NCBI RefSeq assembly: GCF_009914755.1 | Contig: NC_060939.1 | Source of the DNA: the human T2T-CHM13v2.0 reference genome, Homo sapiens | Direction: 5' to 3' (one strand) | DNA: 64,000 nt | Shown here: one piece after another, positions 55,631 through 64,000 of the stretch | Position numbering within the stretch: position 1 is the first letter of the stretch | How the letters are laid out: each line of letters opens with the position of its first letter | Program-made: the position numbers and the translations under genes | Notes under the pieces: model-generated | Seen by the model: only the letters and a program-made list of their open reading frames with translations | What the model was told of the DNA's origin: nothing | Database searches by the model: none

Positions 55631-58085
55631 GATGTAAAAATTCTCAACACAATACTGTCAAACCAAATCTAGCAGCACATCAAAAAGCTAATTGACCACG
55701 ATCAAGTAAGCTTTATTCCTGGGATACAAGGTTGGTTCAACATATGCAAATCAAAAATGTGATTCATCACATAAACAGAACTAAAAACAAAAACCACATG
55801 ATCGTCTCTATAGATAAAGAGAAGGCTTGTAATAAAATTCAACAACCTTCATGTTAAAAGCCCTCAACAAACTAGGCATTGAAGGAACATACATCAAAAT
55901 AATAAGAGCTGTCTATGACAAGCCCACAGGCGACATCATACTGAACAGGCAAAAGCTGGAAGCATTTCCCTTGAGAATTGGAACAAGATAAGGATGCCCA
56001 CTCTCACCACTCCTATTCAACATAGTACTGGAGGTCCTGGCCAGAGCAATCAGTCAAGAGAAAGAAATGAAAGGCATCCAAATAGAAAGACAGGAAGCCA
56101 AACTATCCTTCTTTGCAGACTATATAATTCTATACCTAGAAAACACCATATTATTTGGCCAGAGGCTCCTAGATCTGATCAACAGCTTCAGCAAAATTTC
56201 AGGATAAGAAATTAATGTACAAAACTCCACAGAATTTCTGTACACCAACAACATCCAAGGTGAGAGCCAAATCAAGAATGCAATCCCACTCACAATAGCC
56301 ACAATAAGAAGAAAATACCAAGGAATACAGCCAACCAAGGAGGTGAATGATCTCTGCAATGAGAATTACGAAACATTGCTGAAAGAAATCAGAGATGACA
56401 CAAACAAATGGAAAAACGTTCCATGCTCATGAATAGAAAGAATCAGTATTGTTAAAATAGCTATACTGCCCAAAGCAATTTACAGATTCAATGCTACCCC
56501 TATCAAACTACTAACATCATTTTTCATGGAATTTGAAAGAAAAAAACTATTGTAAAATTCATTTGGAACCAAAAGAGAGCCTGAATAGTCAAAGAAATCC
56601 TAAGCAAAAAGAATAAGGCTGGAGGCATCACACTACCTGACTTCAAACTATGCTATAAGACTACAGTAACTAAAATAGCATGGTACTGGTACAAAAACAG
56701 ACCCATAGATCAACTGAACAGTTTACAGAACCCATAAGTAAAGCAGCACACCTACAGCCATCTAATCTTCATCAAAGCCAACAATAATAAGCAATGAACA
56801 AAGGGCTCACTATTCAATAAATGGTGCTGGGATAACTGGCTAGCCATTTGCAGAAGATTGAAACTGAACCTCTACCTTTCACCATATAAAAAACCAACTC
56901 AAGACAGATTAATGACTTCAATGTAAAACCTAAAACTATAACAACTCTAGAAGAAAACCTAGGAAATACCATTCTAGACATTGGCCCCAGCAAAGACTTC
57001 ATGACAAAGACTAAACAAAAATTGACAAGTAGGACCTAATTAAAGTAAAGAGCATCTGCACAGCGAAGGAAACTATCGATAGAGTAAACAGACAACCTAC
57101 AGAATGGAAGAAAATATTTGTGACTATGCATTCAACAAAGATCTAATATCCAGAATCTATAAGGAGCTCAAACTAACAAGCAAAAAACAACCCCATTTTA
57201 AAAATGGCAAAAGACATGACAGACATTTCTCAAAAGAACACATATATGTGGCCAACAAGCATATGAAAACATGTTCAATATCAGTAATAATTAAGGAAAT
57301 GCAACTCAAAACCATGAGTTACCCTCTCACACCAGTCAGAATGTCTATTATTAAAAAGTAAAAAACAAACAAACAAAACAAAACAAAACAAAACAAAACA
57401 AAACAAAACAAAACAGATGTTGGTGATGTTGCAGAGAAAAGGGAAAACTTATACACTGCTAGTGGGAATGTAAATTAGTCCAGCCACTGTGGAAAGCAGT
57501 TTGGAGATTTCTCAAAGGACCCAAAATAGAACTACCATTCCACCCAGCAATTCCATTACTGAATATATACTAAAAATAATATAAATCATTCTACCATAAA
57601 GGCATATGCACACATATGTTCATTGTAGCACTGTTTACAGTCACAAAGACAGGGAATCTGCCTAGATTCCCATCAATGGTTGATTGGATAAAGAAAATAC
57701 AGTACATGTGCACCACAGAATAATACACAGCCATAAAAAATATTGGGTCCTTTGCAGCAATATGGTTGGAGCTGGAGGCCATTATCCTAAGTGAATTAAT
57801 GCAGGAAGAGAAAATCAAGTACTGTATGTTCTCATTTATAAGCAGAAGCTAAACACTGAATATAAATGGACATAAAGAATGAAACAATATAAACCAAGGC
57901 TTACTTGTGGTAGAGGGTTGGGGGAGAGTAAGGATAAAAAAGCTACCTATTGGGTATTATGCTGATTACCTGGGTAACAAAATTATCTGTACACCAAACC
58001 CCTGTGACATGAAATTTACCTGTGTAACAAACCTGCACATGTACCCCTTGAAGCTAAAATAAAAGTTGGAAAGAAAAAGAAACAG
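55631..58085 (+). mobile_element. 5'-truncated L1PA16/17-class element with an internal (CAAAA)n at 57362-57415
   Basis: ORF2 RT through C-terminus, then 3'UTR ...AAACCTGCACATGTACCCCTTGAAGCTAAAATAAAAGTTGG. Confidence 0.85.
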
Positions 58086-59134
58086 GAAGCAAAACAAAAC
58101 AAAATGGTATTCCTGACAAAGGAAAAAATGGCAAAGAACTTAGTCTTCTCTTCTGCAACACTCTATGTCAAATGACAATAAATTAATATTATTAATATTT
58201 TGAGGGAAGTAGATTTTGAGGGAAAACAATTTTGAAGTTAGGATGCTACATCTATTAAAATATAAATCAAATGTAAATGAAAATTTAAAATATGTTCAAA
58301 TGTACTAGAACTTAAAAAAAATTTCCATGTACTTATTTTTTGAGAAAAATATCTTGAGGTAACGCATTATCAAAGGAAAAAGGAATTCAAGAAAGAGAGA
58401 AAAAGAAGCAGACTTAGAATCAAAGCACAATGCACTTATACCACAAGTGAAATGAAAATAAATCATCGGACTTCAAATATAAAGCAGCCTTAAAACATAA
58501 AAATTAGCCCAACATAAAAGAGGAAATGAAATGGCCCTGAAAATAATGTTTGTTGTAAGAGATTGGATTTATTTTAAAGGCAGTTTGAAGATGCTGACTG
58601 TCAAAGTGCTACAATAAAGACCACACATTTTATCTATTCACCACTAGCACCACCACCACCACCACCACAACAAAAACCAAAATATATCTAGAGAGAAAAA
58701 ACTATCTGTGAATACCATGAATCAATTGCAAAGAAAACTGAGATGTGGAACAGCTTTGAAGAATTGATAGACTTCTTTACTACAGAAGTCTACTAATGTA
58801 CCAGTTTTGAATATTATTAAAAATATTTTTTAAAAAGCTAGTAGTACATATTTTCATTAATGTTACTCTATCTCTCTTTTTTCTGTACATGTATTACTTC
58901 TAGTTCTTATTATAATTGTTTTTAAATGTCTTCTAAAAATATCATTTGCCCTTTGTAGTAAGTTTGCAGAATAATACTATATTAATTGGGTGAGAAGTTT
59001 AGAGAAAACATTCCTCTTTACCTCTCAAGACTCTGGAAAGTCTCTCAATTTATATAACCCTTTCTTGATCTCAAAAATAAGAGAAGAAACATACTTTACA
59101 GGCACAAATAAGAAATAAGCTACAACTGATTCAT

Positions 59135-60029
59135 TTTTGTATGTTCAATCAGGCTTACATTCCCAGGATAAACCCTACTTCATCATGTATTTTTGGACTT
59201 TATTTACTAATATTTTGTGGAGGACTTTGACATCTATGTTCATGAAGAATACTGCTTGTTAACTTTCTTTTCTTAGACTGTATTTGTACTGTTTTGGCCT
59301 CATGGTAGTACTGGCATAATAACGTGAGTTAGGACTTTTTTTTTAACCTTTTCTGTTGTCTTGAAGTATTGGCGTACAACTGTTATTACTTCTTAATTAA
59401 ATATTTGATACAGTTTGCCAATGAAGCTATCTGGAAAAAAACCTTTTTTTGTTAAATTTTTTCAAGTTCAATTTATTTAGCAGAAATCGATCTGTTCTGT
59501 TTATCTGTTGTTTGTGAGTGAGCTAGAAAGTTTATGTACTTGAAGGAATTGGTTCATTTCATATCAGTTGTCAATTTATGGGCATATATAAAGCTAGTTT
59601 TTCCTTATTATCTATTTAATGTCTGTAGTATTTATAGCAATGTTACTTATTTCATTCCTGATATTTGTAATTATTATTTTTTTAAAATTATTATTATTAT
59701 TTTTTGAGACGGAGTCTCGCTCTGTCACCCAGGCTGGGGTGCAGTGGCGCGATCTCAGTTCACTGCAAGCTCTACCTCCTGGGTTGATGCCATACTCCTG
59801 CCTCAGTCTCCCAAGTAGCTAGGACTACAGGCATCTGCCACCACGTCCGGCTAATTTTTTTGTATTTTTAGTAGAGACGGGGTTTCACCGTGTTAGCCAG
59901 GATGGTCTCCATCTCCTGACCTCGTGATCCACCCGCCTCAGCCTCCCAAAGTGCTGGGATTACAGGCGTGAGCCACCGTGCCCAGCTGATATTTGTAATT
60001 ATTGTCTTCTCTCTTTTTGTCTTAGTTAG
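59135..60029 (-). mobile_element. Old L1M ORF2 fragment hosting an AluY
   Basis: TTCCCAGGATAAACCCTACT and CATCTATGTTCATG are reverse ORF2 motifs. Confidence 0.6.
59676..59986 (-). mobile_element. AluY, full length
   Basis: GAGACGGAGTCTCGCTC...GTGAGCCACCGTGCCCAGC, with 18-bp TSD CTGATATTTGTAATTATT at 59658-59675 and 59986-60003. Confidence 0.95.
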
Positions 60030-60665
60030 TGTATTAGTCCCTTTTCATGCTGCTGATTAAGACACACCCAAGACTGGGAAGAAAAAGAGGTTTAATTGGT
60101 CTTACAGTTACACATTGCTGCGGAGGCCTCAGAATCATGGTGGGAGGTGAAAGGCACTTCTTCTTACGTGGCAATGGCAAGAGAAAATGAGAAGGAGACA
60201 AAAGTGAAACCCCTGATAAAGCCATCAGATCTCGTGAGGCTTACTCACTACCATGAGAACAGTATGGGGGAAACGGCCCCCATGATTCAAATTATCTCCC
60301 ACCAGGTCCCTCCCACAACATGTGGGAATTATGAGAGTACAATTCAAGATGAGATTTGGGTGGGGACACAGAGCCAAACCACATGATTCCTCCCCTAGAC
60401 CCTCCAAATCTTATGTCCTTACATTTCAAAACCAATCGTGCCTTCCCAACAGTCCCCCAAAGTCTAAATTCATTTCAGAAATAACCCAAAAGTCCACTTT
60501 CCAAAGTCTCATCTGAGACAAGGCAAGCCCCTTCTGCCTATGAGCCTGAAAAAATCAAATGCAAATTACTTCCTAGTTACAATGGGAGTACAGGTATTCG
60601 GTAAATGAAGCCATTCCAAAGGGAAGAAATTGGCAAAACAAGGAGATTACCGGGCCCATGCAAGT
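60030..60665 (-). mobile_element. THE1A-like 3' LTR (60030-60386) plus ~280 bp of internal sequence, then truncated
   Basis: TGTATTAGTCC...GACTGGGAAGAAAAAGAGGTTTAATTGG. The internal part is the reverse complement of the 10826-11110 type sequence. Confidence 0.88.
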
Positions 60666-61239
60666 AATACTCTTTCTTTGCTACTTATCACCAAAGTTTA
60701 CAAACACTTGAGCTTTTGAAAAACTATTTGGGAAATGAAACACCATGGCTTACGATGTTATTGAACATTTTTTAAAATAAAATGTTCTTCTCAATTTAGT
60801 TGTATCTTGTGCAAATTTAGTTGGAAATCTTTATTTAAAGTAATTAACAAATGGAATGTCAAAATATTCCGTAGCTGATGCTCTTAATTAAATGTTGTTA
60901 TTGAAAACAAAGTTTGAACACAAAAGGGGATATGAAAATTCATGCCCACAAAAGCAATGGGTGAGCATGACAATAGCAGCCACAACAAGACAATGAAAAT
61001 TCTAACTTTGCACATAATATCATCTTAGAATCCAAGACATGCCACAGAATCAGGCAAATTATTTTACGAGTTTACATAGTTAGGCTGAAATATTTATACC
61101 TATAAACATGAAAAATATAGAAATTAGTATCTTCATTCTAGAACATTATTTTCTGAGCTCAATAGAAATACCAGTATCTACAGAGCAAAAGTTCTCTCAA
61201 CTAAAATACTAAGTTTTTTTCTACTTATGAGTAAAACTT

Positions 61240-64000
61240 AAAACCTTCATTCATTAAAAGTCACTAGTAACAGAGGAAAAAGGCATGTCACACATCTGGG
61301 GAAAAAATTCTGACAAAGATTTGTATTCAATACAACAAAATAATTCCTACAAATCAATAACCAAAAGGCAGACCACCAGCAGAAGAATTGGCCAAAAAAA
61401 AAACCTTGCAAACATCCAAACCAACAACAAAAAGTATGAACAAATATTTCATGAATGAATATCACCAAAATATTAACAAATGTATAAAGAGGTGCTTGAC
61501 TTCAGTAGTTATGAGTGGTGTTGAAGTTTAAAATACAACACGATACCACTACTCACCACTGGAAAGGCTAAAGGTAACAATGACTGAAAACAGCAAGCGT
61601 TCATAAAAATGTGGACCAATTGGGATTCTCATAAAAGAGAACACATGCACACTCTGTAGAATAGAAGTACCAATCCTACCTGTATATCCAATAGAAATGT
61701 GTCTATAAGTTCATCAAAAGATGTGTAGCCTGGTGCAGTGGAACATACCTGTAATTAACCCCAGCTACTCAGGAGGCTGAGGCAGAAGAATCGCTTGAGC
61801 TCGGGAGTTCAAGACCAGCCAGGGCAAAATAGAAAGACCCTATTTCAAAAAAAAAAAAAAAAAAAAAAAGATGCATAAGAGAAGGTATATAGCACCACTA
61901 TTTACAATAGCTTGAAATTGAAAATCACTATAGTGCAGAATAAAATATAATCTATATATACAAAATAAAATATTTAGCCATGAAAATAAATGAACTATAA
62001 CTATTCCCCAAAACATGACTGAATTTTACAAACAGTATCAAATAAAAGAAGCCAGACATGAAAAACTACATTCTGTATAATACCATTAATATAAAGTACA
62101 CAAGCAGGCCAAACTAATTCATGGTGTTAGCAATGAGGGCAGTGGTGTCTTTTGTGGAGGATGGGTGTAGTCACTGGAAGAGGGCACGATGGTGGGCAGC
62201 TTTTAGAGCAGAGCGATTTTTTCCTTTTTAATGTGACGCTGGTTACCATAACTACACAATTGTGATTTTTAAACTCCTCTGTATGTGTGCCTTACATAAA
62301 TAAACTTCGTGCACCGCAAAGCCAAAAAGGTCTTAAATAAATTAAATAAAAAGAGTTAAAATGGCATACCAGATTAAATGTCAAATTTCTATAATTGTGT
62401 TTTCAAACATCTTGACTTGCATGAAAAATATTTTGGTGGAATGTCTATTTTTAAGTAGATACATTTATCCTACACTAAAATGAAATAATATTAAAAGTGT
62501 ATGATTTTGTGGTTTTTAAAATTGGTAAAAAAAAATTGAAAATAATCATATAGCAACTTACTGGATGAGTTTATAAAGATTTTTTCAAAGGAAGAGAAAA
62601 TATACAGAATAGAGTAGGTTTAAGGTGTCAGCAGTTTCAAGTTTATTATAAAATGCACTTGAGGCCAATTTATGAAAAATTGAAAATAATAAAGACATAT
62701 CAAAAATTATTTAGAAAAATATTAGATCCTCTGTATTAGAGACAGAGCTAAAATTTGATGAAATATGTAAATGTCTTAAGAATAATTATTCTGCTTATGT
62801 TATATTTTAATAATCAAATGCACGAGATAATTTTTCATTTTGTCTTTTTTTACACAGTTACATGTTACTTTTTTTCTTTGGAATAGCTTAATTTTTGAAA
62901 CTAGTTTTTGAAGAGATTTATTTTATAATTTCACCAATATAATAATGTTTGTTAATCAATACATAAACATTTCACATTGATACATATATATACTTAATGA
63001 TAATTCATATGGTCATTCTATGGATACAGAAATGATATAAAATATTGAATTTTTAAAAATTAATATAAAAACTTAAAGCATTTCAGCTCAAAATCTCAAA
63101 CAAATTTTATAATGGAATTAGAAAGTGTATTCTAAAATATGCCTCAAAGAGCAAACGTCTTAAATGACCTAGTTAATTGAGAATAAAGAAAGACATATCA
63201 TAACAAACACCAAGAACTATTAGAAGCTAGGGTAACTAAGACAACATAGTCTTGATGCAAGAATAGAAAAATAGAATGAAGAAACAGAATAAGATCTTAG
63301 ATACAAATGTAAAATATCTATAGAAAATTGACACATGACAGATATTGCAAAAGAAATCACACGCTTGTAATTGGCAATGTTGTGGCAATTATCTCTATAG
63401 GGAAAACACTCTACTTCTATGCTATAAAGAAAACTAGTTGCAGATGAAATATTGACCTCAAAGTGAACAGCCAAACTTTAACTTCAAAAAGAAGATCTAG
63501 ACAGGCAGCTTTTAATCAAAATTTTCATAAACCATAAGGGAAAAATTTAATCAGTATTATTAGGAAGAAATTAAAACTTCAGATAATGAAAATAGTAAAA
63601 AAAATTATATAAAACCTGCAAATATGTCACTTGTATTGCATTTAGATAACAAAGAATTAGTGTGCAAATTGTTCAAAATTATCCCTAAAATAAGTTCAAC
63701 AAAAATAATTCAATTAAAATATTGGCCAAAGAAATAAACAGTTTAGAAGCGTAAACCAAAATGACCAATTAATATATATAAAAACATTCACCCTCACTTG
63801 TCAGGAAAGTTTTGCAAATATAGGCCATGATGAAATTTCAGATTCCATAGCCATAGAATTGCTAAAAAGTGTAAAGCCTGATAATGCTAAGAATTGACAA
63901 AGATGTGTAGCAACATATACACTTGTAAATTGAAATTAAGAATTTTAATTGGTGTAACTACTTTAGAGAAACGTTTGGCAATATTTATTTAAGCTGAAAT
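61240..64000 (+). mobile_element. Old L1M (ME/MC) 3' fragments
   Basis: Degenerate ORF2-end and 3'UTR motifs (AAAAGAAGCCAGACATGAAAAACTACATTCTGTAT, TTGGTGTAACTACTTTAG). Confidence 0.55.
61728..61869 (+). mobile_element. FLAM_A-type Alu monomer
   Basis: Monomer with GCTACTCAGGAGGCTGAGG...GAGTTCAAGACCAGCC, then A23. TSD AAAAGATG(TG/CA)TA at 61716-61727 and 61866-61877. Confidence 0.85.

Noticed and set aside
61728-61869. BC200 retrocopy or young Alu because of the pure A23 tail
   Set aside because: It lacks BC200-specific sequence, and the body and TSD are diverged. It is an old FLAM whose tail probably regrew by slippage.

Overview
Primate (human-like) genomic DNA, AT-rich and CpG-poor, made up mostly of transposable-element relics. 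I recognise no cellular protein-coding gene, rRNA, tRNA or CRISPR array. Nearly all long ORFs in the track are L1 ORF1/ORF2, THE1-internal or HERV-H pro/pol fragments, or artefacts of a TA/CA repeat. Layout: (1) 1-7834, a near full-length minus-strand L1PA4-6 with a younger 5'-truncated L1PA2-like copy nested in it; (2) 9-12 kb, a complete THE1B-like MaLR inside an MLT2 LTR; (3) 17.5-29.1 kb, an L1PA13-15 with a nested L1PB1; (4) 29-36 kb, the main repeat-poor island, with candidate exons, a MADE1, a MER33, a ~180-bp inverted duplication and a ~700-bp purine-pyrimidine palindromic expansion; (5) 41.8-48.4 kb, an old MLT1 element carrying MST, MER1B, a MER96-like MITE and a 5'-truncated, poly(A)-tailed HERV-H that looks mobilised by L1 rather than by integrase; (6) 50-64 kb, Tigger1, two AluY, L1PA16/17, a truncated THE1A, a FLAM and old L1M. 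The most interesting items are the HERV-H retrocopy, the inverted copy embedded in the TA expansion, a 35-bp micro-inversion next to a deletion in L1 ORF2, and candidate minus-strand exons. I found no clear new functional system; the signals are mostly mutational or retrotranspositional events. Subfamily names come from recalled consensus sequences and need RepeatMasker/Dfam confirmation.
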